Positions 1-11,800 of a stretch of 64,000 nucleotides of DNA are shown here, piece after piece. Under the pieces are notes generated by a model. It was given only the letters and a program-made list of their open reading frames with translations. It had not been told where the DNA came from and made no database searches. Both the position numbers and the translations under genes were made by a program. Each line of letters opens with the position of its first letter. The first letter of the stretch is position 1. The stretch lies in the IMG/VR virus record IMGVR_UViG_3300044957_000763, positions 62,001-126,000 of that record. One strand, written 5' to 3'.

Positions 1-1053
1 GACTGGTTGGCTGGCGATTTTGTAATTCCGTTTGACAATAATGCGGCAGGCAACATATTTATTGAAAATGAATCAGACACAGCAACATTTACTCGTCAAA
101 CCCAATCTTTGAGAGTGCACGCATTGCTTGATGGTGACCCGGTTATCTATTGGAAATCAGGAAATAATGTTGGTATAGAAGTAGACAACTCAGTGTATTT
201 CTACGTTAGAATGCGATTAAATGCATCTGGTTTCAATACCAATGACACGAAACTATACATGGCCTGGTCTCCAGTAAGCAATCCTACGCCAAATGACTTT
301 GTTTTTTCTGAAAGTGTGGATGTAAGCGCAGACGCACACTTTGTTACTTACAAGTTTTCGCCTCCTTGGGTTGGTACTATGCGCTCAATTGCATTGCAGC
401 TACGTGGTGTTTTGCGCGAATCAGACGAGACGGTTTTGGCACTAGAAGACGAAGGCGATTATACATTTGACATTGATTATATTAGTTGCAACACCGACCT
501 TGGAAACAACAACATTACTGATAATTTCACACCTATTCGTATTGGCGTGACAGGCAAGGATGTCAAAGTTTGGGCAGGCAGAAAAAGTACACCAATCATT
601 AATGAAACCGATTTTCTTGGATGGCCTACAGAAAAATCTGAAATCATATTTGGAAAAATCTTGATAACAGAACCACAGTCAACATTTGGCTGGTCGCATA
701 TGCGATTTTACATTGGAGAGTCACAAGCCCCTGTTTTGTATGAGACCAAAGACTTTGATTTGATGTGGAGATTCCCTTCATCTGGCGGGATAACCGCGCT
801 TACCACATATCAAGGTGCGCTATGGGCGTTTGCACAAGGCTATCCTCAATACAATGCTTTTGATAATCCAGATTCGAGAACAGCGCATGCATATTCATAC
901 AATCGCACAGGAGAATACTGGAAGACAGAAAATCCAAATATGCCAAGAGACGAAGTTGTGTATGGATTTGTCAATGTTAGAACAGCGTGTCAATATCAAA
1001 ATTCATTGGTTGTCTGCGCTGATAGAGTGAACATAATTGAAGCCCCTGAATAA
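1..1053 (+). CDS. C-terminal part of a probable virion structural protein (5' partial)
   Basis: Frame 1 is open from base 1 (GAC TGG TTG GCT...) so the true start is upstream of the window; beta-rich, aromatic/acidic composition like the downstream structural genes; ends TAA 1051-1053. Confidence 0.6.
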   Translation, partial: DWLAGDFVIPFDNNAAGNIFIENESDTATFTRQTQSLRVHALLDGDPVIYWKSGNNVGIEVDNSVYFYVRMRLNASGFNTNDTKLYMAWSPVSNPTPNDFVFSESVDVSADAHFVTYKFSPPWVGTMRSIALQLRGVLRESDETVLALEDEGDYTFDIDYISCNTDLGNNNITDNFTPIRIGVTGKDVKVWAGRKSTPIINETDFLGWPTEKSEIIFGKILITEPQSTFGWSHMRFYIGESQAPVLYETKDFDLMWRFPSSGGITALTTYQGALWAFAQGYPQYNAFDNPDSRTAHAYSYNRTGEYWKTENPNMPRDEVVYGFVNVRTACQYQNSLVVCADRVNIIEAPE

Positions 1054-1093
1054 ATGTATAAGTAGACCAGCGAGTTCCAACGCGGAGACAAAT

Positions 1094-2062
1094 ATGACAA
1101 ATTCAAGACCAAACGACGTACAAAAAGCGATTGCCGGCTTAATGCAAGCCGACAGTGTGAGGAAATTTGGGCGTTTTCGTGCTTTGCTATGGCCAGATAT
1201 TGAGGCACGAACTGCAGCCAACGACTTAATGCTAAAAACACCGCCTGAAAATCGAGATAACTCATTCTGGAATCAATATTACGGTTATTGCACGAATGTT
1301 TATGAGACACCAAACGTGGCAATCTTAGACGGTCTTTCTGGCTTACTGAGATGGGGTGCTGGTATCTCAACAACTGTTCAAAAGTTCTCAAACACATATA
1401 CGTTTTTGGGTGTTGGCAATGGATTAGTTATTGGACAACTAGCAGCCGCTTTTACTGCTAATGGTACGGCTAATAGTATCAGTGTTAGGGAAACACCTAG
1501 TAACTATGCACAGAACAACTACAACACATATACCACGACCATTGCGGTTGGTGATGTATTATTGTTTACTGACAGCACTACACCTCCACCATCTACATCA
1601 CCTTGGCCGCCGGAACCTACAAACTTTGAGTACGCCGAGGTGGCAACGGTTTCTGCTGCAAGCGGTAGCCCTCTTGCCAGAACAATTACATTCACAAAAC
1701 CATTGAGATATTCGCGTTCTAGCGGTACGTATGTCGTTATTTCTGGTAGAAACAACGCTGCTGATATGGTGGCCTCTGGATATGGCTCAAGTAAAGCCTA
1801 TCGTGCAGTTGCCGCAAGTTATCCAACGGAAGGACTGATTGACGGATTGCCCACTCTGACATGGCAAGCAGATTACGGTGCATCAGAGGCTCAATTCCAC
1901 TGGACTGAAGCACTTATTGGTAGTGTTGCCGTTCCGCCGGTGAGCGCAGTAAGCACGCTTCCTGCTGGTGGAGTACTGCTTGCTAAAGCCGCTTGGTATC
2001 CAAGTCCTCTCGTTAAGGGTAATACGCTTGCGAGCCAGCAGTATCTGTTCTCGCTAGGATAA
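1094..2062 (+). CDS. Phage virion (tail/baseplate-associated) protein
   Basis: ATG at 1094 is in frame with the track's TTG at 1037. C-terminus KAYRAVAASYP...LTWQADYGASEAQFHWTEALIG...LLAKAAW resembles a recurrent phage tail-associated fold. Confidence 0.55.
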   Translation: MTNSRPNDVQKAIAGLMQADSVRKFGRFRALLWPDIEARTAANDLMLKTPPENRDNSFWNQYYGYCTNVYETPNVAILDGLSGLLRWGAGISTTVQKFSNTYTFLGVGNGLVIGQLAAAFTANGTANSISVRETPSNYAQNNYNTYTTTIAVGDVLLFTDSTTPPPSTSPWPPEPTNFEYAEVATVSAASGSPLARTITFTKPLRYSRSSGTYVVISGRNNAADMVASGYGSSKAYRAVAASYPTEGLIDGLPTLTWQADYGASEAQFHWTEALIGSVAVPPVSAVSTLPAGGVLLAKAAWYPSPLVKGNTLASQQYLFSLG

Positions 2063-2082
2063 TCAGCGATTGGAACTCGCTA

Positions 2083-2098
2083 TTAACCCAAGGGTTAA
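2083..2098. promoter_or_regulatory. Intergenic palindrome TTAACCC-AA-GGGTTAA
   Basis: Perfect 7-bp inverted repeat 18 nt upstream of the ATG at 2117; function unknown. Confidence 0.3.
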
Positions 2099-2116
2099 AT
2101 CCAACGGACAGACACT

Positions 2117-5100
2117 ATGCCTCAAGACGATTACGAACCACAACCAATAGACCCAGGCTCACTACCTGCAAACACTTATGCACATGGTATCTCATATCCG
2201 GTGCATGAGTCAATGTCTGCTGACTCGTCCCCGGCAGACGGGTTGTCTGACAAAAATCTGTCCTCTGACGCATCAAGTTTGTCTATCACACTAAGTGGTA
2301 TAGATGATTTCACATCATTCGAATCTCATAGTCAATCAGTATTGGCACAGTTCGCAGAAACAATGGCTTCTGGTGGAGGAGTCCAAACTCCGCCTGGTTT
2401 CCTTGGAGCAGTTGGGGCAATAGCCAATGCAAGCATTGTAGATGTCACAATAAACCAAATGTATACACCAGGTGGTATTTTACCATCTATCAACATTACA
2501 GATTTTTATGTTTTGGTCAACGGTGTTCTAAGAGGTGTTACATCTGCTACTAGAAGAGGTGCCTCTAGCCATTATGACCTTAGAACCGTTAGACTAACAC
2601 TTAGTAGTCCGGTAAGGTTTGGAGACATTGTTGAAGTAACATACATCAACACGGTTAGTGCTGGCTCTGTTACAGACACTGCTTTGCCAGCAAATTATCT
2701 ATCTTCTTTTTATTTACTCAATGCATTGAATATGACCCCAGGTTATTCATATAGCCTGCTGGAGATACTTGGTGGATTGAGTGACGAACCGTTTAGTCCA
2801 GAAGCGGCTGAAATTAATATTGATGCAAGACTGCTTGAATACCGAAAAGGGTTTCCATACACTACGATTTTATTGGATACAATCGCACCATATGGACAGG
2901 TAATTATCAATGAAGATGCTGCGTCTGGTGGTATTAAAGTACATCTTTTTGAAGCAGTAGATTCAAGTGGGAACGCAATTGCCGGCACAAACTATCTCGA
3001 GAACATTGCAGGAAGGCCGGTAAGAAAGGCTGGCGAATTGGCCGGAGCAGATGACGAGAGTCTTTATGAAATCATAGGTACAGGAAATATACACGCAATT
3101 AGTAAATCGTTGCCAAAGGTAGAATCTAATTATCCAGATGTAAAAGGCGTAAAATATTGCTGTGTTAGTACGGTTCCAAAAGCAGTATTAATTGATGCTA
3201 GAATAAAACCAACAGACCAGTGGTCACCAGTTTTTTATGGTATAGCCAATGATATCACCAAAGAGTACTACACTGTCAATTTTGCCAACGCAGTTAAGAC
3301 AGCGGGTGTTCGTATTCGACATGGAGGAAATGTGTATGCCGCAACTGGTTCTGGAGAACTAACATTTGCAGCTTATGACGATGTAAGTCATGTTGCAAGA
3401 GCGCAAATTTCACATTTTTCAGACTTTAGAGACGCCGCCGACTTCTCTACCGCTAGAGCAGATGGATGGTTTGATTACACAGATGGTATTTCTTTGGTCG
3501 ATTGGGAGCTAGTCAATGTCAATCGTTTGTGGATGCACCAAAGAGGCAAACTTAGTAGTGCGATTAAGTTTACAACATCTATTGGCACTACATTGATGGC
3601 ATTTACAACCACACAGGCATACACTTGGTCAAGCACAAGTGGTATGTCATTGGCCCAAACATTTAGTGGCAATATTCAAGCGATTACAACACATCGCGAT
3701 GATGTTTATGTTGGTCTAAGCGATGGGCGTGTTTATAGAACATCCAATGGTTCATCCTACACACACATCAATCCATCGACATCATTACCAGGAATCACAG
3801 CCCTGCAATCATTTGGCGGCGTGTTGTGGATTGGCACATCTAGAGACGGTGGTGACATATCATATGTTTACTCATATGATGGTACAAGCACAGCCCAGGC
3901 CAAGAACTTTTCTGGCAAATACGTTAGTTGCATGGCGTCAACTTCTAAATATCTATTCGTTGGTCTGAGCGACGATGTTAATACAAACGGAGGTGTTATC
4001 TATCTGTACGATGGCATCGCATGGACTCCTTCTCGAGACACTAGCACTGATAGAGTTGACGCAATGGGATATGGTGCTGGTGTTCTTTGGGCTGGCATGT
4101 CTGGTGGCATAATTCACACATTGTCTTTTGACAATACTGGCACTGCTACACAATGGGATATCCCACCACAGACCAGTGATGCAGAACAATACTACCAAAT
4201 TAAAGCAAGTTCAGACGGCAACTTTGTTTGGTTTGTTACAGATATAGGGTTACAGGTTTATTATGTGCCAGAAAAAACATATTCTTCTATTGAAGGACCA
4301 GCTATTTACAGTGATGGCGTGACTGCGGTCTACACCGAGAGTGACGTTACCAATTACAAAAATACCCAGTATTTACCAGGTGGTTTAGAGCAGGCGACTG
4401 TAACAGAGTCTGTAGTCAACCAAGATGACATCTTGGCGTATGCAGCAACGCTAACTCCATCAATCAACACAACATACCAGAACGCATGTTGGACAGGCTA
4501 CATACGTGCGGATTTTACCGATACATACACTATCTATGCAAATGGAGCAGAGGGTTTCAGGGTGTATATTGGCGGAGAACTTGACGGTGACGATTGGGTA
4601 GGCGGTGAACTGCTTATAGACAACTGGAATGAGCCGGCTATTGGTGAAAAATCTACGACATACGAGTTAATTGCGGGTCAAATGGTTCCAATTAGAGTTG
4701 AGGCCTATAGGTCTACTGGTGATTTTAATATTCACTTTAAGTGGGCAAGCACAAACACAACCAAGACTACGGTACCTGCTGAAAATCTATTTTTGGACAA
4801 TGTTGTTGACTCAAGAGCAACGCTCTATGATGTGTGTGAGTTTAATAACGCATACACTTACGCAGGAAGCGACGGCAGGCTGCATTCTCTTGACACAAGT
4901 CCGATATCATCACGAGTTCGACGTGTGTATGCCAGATTCCAAGATGCGGCAGGAAATATTACCGCATCGACTGTACTTACCAATGACTTCATTCTTGAAG
5001 ATACAGAACGGCGCGGTGATGAAATTGTGTCTAGTGGAAAAATCTATCAAGTCACCACAGACAAACAGATTGTTGCGACGTTTACTCCTCAACAAAACGG

Positions 5101-5842
5101 AGCATTATATGCACCTGACCGACGATTAAGAATTAGTGGGCGATATGAGTCTGTTCCATTCTATGTCGCTGCGTTAACTAGATGGGATATGATTTCATTC
5201 GCAGCAACGCTGGCAGCGGGGACTGAACAGGCCGCCGGCCTTGAGCAAGGTGTAGAAATTAATTTGTACGTTAGGACAGGAGACACTCGAGACGAGTTAT
5301 TGGCAACAGATTGGGGAGAAGCATATACTCGGTCAACAATACCGCCAGAAACAGATTCTGGCTATGTCGATACAGCACTGGTAGATGAGTTTAATCTTGA
5401 ACCAATTGAGCAGAAAAAATGGTTACAGTTCAAACTTGAACTTATTACTGCACAGCAGAATGTGTCTCCGGTTGTGCACGCAGTCACACTAAGTTATTTA
5501 GAAGCAGATGCATCGTATTTCTTTACAACGATGTTTGATACTTCAAACTATAGCGCAACCATACCAGCACCAGAATTCCGCAGGGGTATTTTAACAGCGA
5601 ACAGTCTTCCTAACGGTGGAATCATTAAATATGGATACACAACTAGTGATGAAGAAGGCGCCACGTTTGATTTTGCACAGTATGAAGAGATTACACCAAA
5701 TAGAATCTTTACATTACCAACTATATCATCGAAGATTCGTTTTGGCATTATGATTGTGTCTATAGATTCAATCAATCCAGCCGTAGTTGATGAATTTGGT
5801 GTGATTTTGGATGCCGGCAAAGAAGACATGAACTTTATGTGA
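2117..5842 (+). CDS. 1241-aa virion structural/adhesin-like protein (SwmB-like repeat, Ig-like, beta-propeller, PA14 domain)
   Basis: DFYVLVNG...VRLTLSSPVRFGDIVEVTY (SwmB-like); propeller blades IQAITTHRDDVYVG / ITALQSFGGVLWIGT / VSCMASTSKYLFVG; PA14 signature WTGYIRADFTDTYTIY...GFRVYIGG...LIDNW...GQMVPIRVE...HFKW at about 4480-4790. Confidence 0.7.
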   Translation: MPQDDYEPQPIDPGSLPANTYAHGISYPVHESMSADSSPADGLSDKNLSSDASSLSITLSGIDDFTSFESHSQSVLAQFAETMASGGGVQTPPGFLGAVGAIANASIVDVTINQMYTPGGILPSINITDFYVLVNGVLRGVTSATRRGASSHYDLRTVRLTLSSPVRFGDIVEVTYINTVSAGSVTDTALPANYLSSFYLLNALNMTPGYSYSLLEILGGLSDEPFSPEAAEINIDARLLEYRKGFPYTTILLDTIAPYGQVIINEDAASGGIKVHLFEAVDSSGNAIAGTNYLENIAGRPVRKAGELAGADDESLYEIIGTGNIHAISKSLPKVESNYPDVKGVKYCCVSTVPKAVLIDARIKPTDQWSPVFYGIANDITKEYYTVNFANAVKTAGVRIRHGGNVYAATGSGELTFAAYDDVSHVARAQISHFSDFRDAADFSTARADGWFDYTDGISLVDWELVNVNRLWMHQRGKLSSAIKFTTSIGTTLMAFTTTQAYTWSSTSGMSLAQTFSGNIQAITTHRDDVYVGLSDGRVYRTSNGSSYTHINPSTSLPGITALQSFGGVLWIGTSRDGGDISYVYSYDGTSTAQAKNFSGKYVSCMASTSKYLFVGLSDDVNTNGGVIYLYDGIAWTPSRDTSTDRVDAMGYGAGVLWAGMSGGIIHTLSFDNTGTATQWDIPPQTSDAEQYYQIKASSDGNFVWFVTDIGLQVYYVPEKTYSSIEGPAIYSDGVTAVYTESDVTNYKNTQYLPGGLEQATVTESVVNQDDILAYAATLTPSINTTYQNACWTGYIRADFTDTYTIYANGAEGFRVYIGGELDGDDWVGGELLIDNWNEPAIGEKSTTYELIAGQMVPIRVEAYRSTGDFNIHFKWASTNTTKTTVPAENLFLDNVVDSRATLYDVCEFNNAYTYAGSDGRLHSLDTSPISSRVRRVYARFQDAAGNITASTVLTNDFILEDTERRGDEIVSSGKIYQVTTDKQIVATFTPQQNGALYAPDRRLRISGRYESVPFYVAALTRWDMISFAATLAAGTEQAAGLEQGVEINLYVRTGDTRDELLATDWGEAYTRSTIPPETDSGYVDTALVDEFNLEPIEQKKWLQFKLELITAQQNVSPVVHAVTLSYLEADASYFFTTMFDTSNYSATIPAPEFRRGILTANSLPNGGIIKYGYTTSDEEGATFDFAQYEEITPNRIFTLPTISSKIRFGIMIVSIDSINPAVVDEFGVILDAGKEDMNFM

Positions 5843-5871
5843 TGCGGTCTGTACAAATACTTTAGCTGACC

Positions 5872-8800
5872 ATGCCAAAAATCACTGACATTTACCGATA
5901 CTACACGCTCACTGAGCTTCGCGACGTATGGTACCCAGGGTACGACGAGCGCAATATGGTCACAACTGAAAATCAATTCAGTGCGCTGTATCAATTTGTA
6001 GGCCCAGGCGTGCTAGATGGGTGGGATGTCACAATGATGCCGTCTGCCTTGCGCGGAGATACAATTGGTAGCGAGGAACTTGCTGAGAGAAGTTCATTGA
6101 TTGATGCTGAACCCGGTACGTATTTAGCCAAAGTTTACGAATTACTGGGAAGTCCTTCATTGATGGACGAACTCATCTGGGGGCAAGTTGTCAAGGTTTC
6201 TTCAGGCAGGGGAATTGTTGGAGTTTTCGCTGCTGAAACAGTACAAGATGCCTATTTTAGATTTCAAACACCGGACACAGTGTTTTATGTATGGGCAGAA
6301 TCGGGCTTGTGCCTTGCTTCAGAGGGTAGGTGTCATATTACAGTACCCGAAGACGGGCTTTATGAGCATGATGAACGAGCAACAGCTACATATTTAGCAA
6401 CTGTAGAAGTCACAGAACATGAGTCATATCCTGGTGAGGGATTTGTTCTGAGTGTGACATATGATGAGCGCAGAAAGAAACTACGCAACCTCGAAGGGGC
6501 ACTTCAAGAGGCACTTGATTTAGCATTTTATCGTCATGTTCATCTTGGCGGTTTTGACCACCCAAGCAAAATTCAACTTAGCACATATATAGTACTAGAA
6601 ACCACTGGTCCAGCAGGTTCGACTATTCTCAGCATTGTGGTGCCTAATGAGTATCTTGATAAGTGGAATAATGGTGAATTTGGTATACCAATTGTACGCC
6701 TTGACGACGAAGTTATGTCTGAAGGCGACTACACAATTAACGTGGCATCCAAAAGAATATTTCTAAAGAACAGCCTGCCGGCGGGTTCTGCTGTAACAAT
6801 TGTGATGCCACTGTTTGACCAAATTTCATTAAGAATGCACGAGGATTCCTTGATTACTGACAGTTATCAAGGTTTGAATCCAGGTAGACTTCGACCAATA
6901 TACATTACCGATGGTAGTACAGAAGTAGACGAAAATGGCCAGGAGCACGAGGTTATTTTTACATGGGATGGAGGATTGTATCGAGACGCACAAGTTTTCC
7001 TGGATGAGATACTTGTAGACAGTGACTTATACGAAATCATTCCAGAAGACGGTAGCATCAATTTTGACCCCGCACTTGATGGCAGTATTTACACGTCAGA
7101 GAGTCTTACACTTATATTGACAGAACTTGGTCAAGAGATTGAAAACACTATTTCTGGAGAACGACTTGAGAACCTTGATGCAAGTACAGTCACCAGAGGC
7201 ACACTCGACCCCACGCGCATAAGACAGCTAGACCACGTTGGATTAGTCCGATATCAAGAAATAGCAGAATTGCGACCTACAAAGAGATTATTCCAGCTTG
7301 GTGATGATTATAGGTACTATCCAGAAATTCTTTCATCTCAGTTACAGCATGCAACTGAAGTTTATCATGCATACCCAACAGTAAACATTGATGGAAGTCC
7401 GTATTTGTTAAGTACAAGACGCGGTCTTATGCAAACCTCAGACATATCGTCTGGTATTTTGTTATCAACATGGAACCCGGACAGGGGAAGACCAAAGAAG
7501 ACAATTGACAACTTGTTGCAGGATGGTTCTCAAAAAAATCATTTCAATGAAGTTTATCTCATAACACAACCGGGGCGAAATACGCTTGGCAAACTATATG
7601 TCAGTGAAAATCAGGGCTCAAGCTGGGCGGCCATTAGAATGCCGATTGATGGTGATGTTGTGTCTGGAGCAACTGATTTTTGGGTGTCTACACAAAAGAC
7701 ACAAAGTGAAACCAATAGTGGTATCAAGGTTTTTGAGTATTCAACATTGTACTATTTGGCCACAGACCATGGTGTTTGGACTGCTAGTATACCGGAAGAC
7801 GCGACAAGTAATGATTGGGTATGGAGCAAAGAGGCATATGCTGAAGACTTGGTGTATGCTATTCAAGAAATTTGTACTAAAAACCTCACATATAGCGCAG
7901 ACGGAAGTTCGGTAGAAAGCCAAGACCGAACGGTATATGTCGGCGCCGATGATGGATTTTACATCAATGGCGACCGACTGAATACCGAAAGGGTCAAGGG
8001 TTTCTACTGGATACGAAGCGGAAATGCACAGAATCAGTTGATTTGGTGGACGGATGATGCGGCATATATTTCACATTCTGGCGAACATATTGTTGAGACC
8101 AATCCAGATGGTAGTGGTCAAGACATGTGGATTCACCCCCTTGCCAATGTTGGCACCGTGTTGTTTGAAGTAAAGGTTGCAACCGTTACTGATGTCACAT
8201 TGCCGGCTGTGACATCAGTAGATGGATATACGCTTGGTATTGGCGACAGAGTTCTGTTGAAAAACCAAACAATCACCTCTGAAAACGGAGTTTATGAATT
8301 TGATGGTGCTAACCTTAATCTGGTTGCTGGTTCTCAACTTAACACGGTTCGAGTACAAGTTAACGGTGCTGGAAGCCTCAATGGTTCTGGATGGTTGTGC
8401 AGTGTAGATGGCTCTAATATCACATACAACAATTTGTGGTACAGAATAGCCTATGATATTGGAGCACTGTTCGCTTCAGCGGTTTTACAAGCAGACACAA
8501 GCAATCAGTTTTTTGTTTTTGCTAAACTTGGCAACAGTCGATGTAAAAGCATGGTTTTGACATATGACGATAACGATATTTTAGAAACACCAACGGTCAC
8601 TGTAAAAACATGGTCTAACAATGAGCAAGACTCACCAATCTATGCATGGTCAACATCTGATGGAAGCATTTATACGGGCTCTACTCGAGGTATTTGGAGG
8701 TCAACAGACAGTTGTGAAATATGGAAAAGAAATTCTCAACAATTCACACAATACGACACAATTACAATATACGACACCTCAACACTTGAACGGTTGTCAG

Positions 8801-11800
8801 ACCTAGATTACACAGTTGATGCAGACACTCAAGCAGTTACATTTGTTGATGGACAAACACCATGGGCTTCATATTTATATGAGCGAGTGTACACAGAATA
8901 TTACGTTGACCCATGGAATCCTCTGAAAGCAGATGTAGTTGTGTATATCAATGACAGTGTAGCAGAAATACCATACACACTGTACCCAGACGAGGGTCGA
9001 ATCAGTTTTTCATCAACGTTGAGTTCAGAGGATATTGTAAGGGTGACCATTATCCGTGCTGGGGCATACATATCAAACGTCGGAAGCACTCCGCATGAAG
9101 AACTGTTTAACGCAACGGTTGCTGGACTGACCTCACTGACAAAACTTGCTTATGAATTGGTTGGTAACGCAGTGGCAGGTACTGAAATTATTCTCAAAGA
9201 CCGCACTACTGTCCCAACATCTGCTGTACTATTAGAACTTCGATACCGTTCATTCCAAGAACGTGTAAGTGTAGTTATAGACCCTGACAACAATCGAGTT
9301 TATCTTGCGCATGACAGACAAGGCACCAATACGTTTCCAGCAGATTTCACAGAAGTATATTTGGTGGAAATTACCAATGTACTTGGTATTGAAGACGTAA
9401 TAAGTCAAGCCACTTCCAACCAAACATATCACATGAACTCGCTTATTGGCGTCAACACTATTCAGATGTCAATGACAGCCGAGGAAAAGGATGCTGGTTT
9501 CTACACTAATTTTTCGCGACCACCAGGACCCGGATTCAGTGCTGACCGTGGTCCCAAAAGCGCATTTTTCTTCAACTCATTGGTCGATTCATTTGACCTA
9601 ACTGGTTCATCGTCTAATGTGTGTTCAAAACTTGAACCTTCAGAACTTGACGCTCCATATAATCCTAGAAGCATCTACGTATTGTATGGAGTCAATCAAA
9701 CAGGCGAGGGCATGCGAGTTGGAACTGACAAAGGTGTTTGGATTTATGAAGACGCCAGATGGAAGAAGGAGTCATCTCTTAACGAATCCAATAGAGTGTA
9801 CTTCATTAAGAGTCGAGAAAGCACACTTACAATCGGTGCCAATAATGGTCTGTGGCAAAGAATAGGCGGAGAGTGGACTGCAAATCCATTGTATCCACAA
9901 AACATATTCGCACATGATAGCGGCGATTGGTTTGGTGGCACATTTGAAGCATTTGGTAAAAGCGATGGGTTGGCTTTTGTATGGACTGTTGGTGAGAATG
10001 CTTTCACATCAGACCCATTTATGCCGGTGGCAGAAACCAAAGTTTATGGTCTGTGGAAAAACAAATTCATACGCATCAAGGAAAATGGTGAACAACAAGA
10101 AATTGATGCACTGTATTTGTGTACAGAAAACGGTTTGTTTGGTGTAACTAACGGTGCGGCCACAGGAACTTATTCTGCATTCTTAGTCGGTCGTGAAATG
10201 TTTGGTGACAATCCACTTGAAATTTCGTACACCAATGCAGATGGTAATACGATTCAAGTCCCTGTGAAAATTTATCGTATTTTTAGAGGACTGCCTAGAC
10301 CAACATGTGATGGCAGCACTGCGAAACAACCAGTACCAATTCATATCTTAACAAACAATGGTGTTTACAAGGTTAGGAATTGGAGATGGTGTGACCCGTC
10401 TGATGCTGGTAGTTTGGATTTTTATGTTGAAAGTCATAACCTGGCAGGAATTACCTGTAATTGCTACGCACTAACAACACGCGCCTGCGCCGATGGTGTC
10501 GAACCATTGAGCAAGATTTTTGTTGGTACAGATTATGGTGTGTACCGTTCTTATAATGACGGTGCTGCATATGAGCGATGCGAAAGGATAAATAACGACA
10601 ATATAGCAGTTTACGATTTGGTATTCGATGGTCAATGTCTGATTGCAGCCACAGAAAGCGGTATTTTCTACTCAGATGATGATGGCGATACTTGGCACAG
10701 ACCAGACCCTGATAATGTCAATGCCTGTTTGCAAATTAGACCAACGGTTTCAACATCAGAAGAATTTGATGGACAATACATAGCGCAAACATTCAAACCG
10801 GTTACTGGTCAAACACATGTAATAAAAGTGGCTGCGTATTTGTCTGTAGAGTATCCAGAAACACATGATAACCCATCGGCATTGCTTGACAACTATCTGA
10901 GATTCACAATATGGTCAACTGATGTTAATGGTGTGCCTGACACTCTTCTTGACATCGCAAACGTTGATATTGTTGCATCAGACGTGCTCTATCCAAATTT
11001 CTGGTCTGCTGAATTTACATTTACACTGCCAAATCACACCAGTACATATGCTTTGGTGGCCGAAGAGGTGCCAGACCCAGGCGCCGGGGGGACTAAGGTC
11101 TTCAGGTGGCACAAAACAACACTGGACAATCCATATACTGACGGTAAGGCATTTAAGTATGACGGTGCGTGGTCAACTATTGATGGTTACGATGGCGGTG
11201 CTGCTGATTTGTTCTTCAGGGTGCACTTTGACCCAGAACCGGAAGCCACAGAGACTGTTGTTGATGTGGATTTATCAGAAGGAGAGGGCTATGGTTTTAT
11301 TGCAACTGACAACAACGCACTAACAACAGATTTCAAAATTGCGGCCGCTTGGGTTATTGATGACTCACAAAGTATGGACTGGGGAGACCCAGATGATGAT
11401 TTGGGTGATGGCTCACGAGGCGATGCACTAACATCTTTAATGAACGAAATATGGAGAAGAACCAAGTACATAAATATTGACTCAGACACATACTATCCAT
11501 CTTGGGGCTCTGTGTATACATTTGGGACAAGCATTATTGACAGAACAGATGGATACACAAATAATCCAGACCAGTTGGCTGTTTATCTTGGTGGTTTGTT
11601 TGAGAGAGGTAACAAATCAACACTAAATGAAGCCGCGCAACTTGCCACAACTACAATGTTCCCCCAGGCTATCATAGAGTCTATTTTGGAGTCTGATGAT
11701 TGGAGTATTTTAGTTGGCGAAGTTGTAGAGTATCTGAATGACCCTAGTAAACAATTGTTGCGACTTGATGACATAGTAGAATGGTTTGAATCACAGCCAG

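Noticed and set aside
5548-5994. Antisense ORFs over large genes (this one and, for example, 17022-17573, 19519-19932, 37523-37852)
   Set aside because: They lie opposite genes with clear family motifs and have no motifs or SD of their own.
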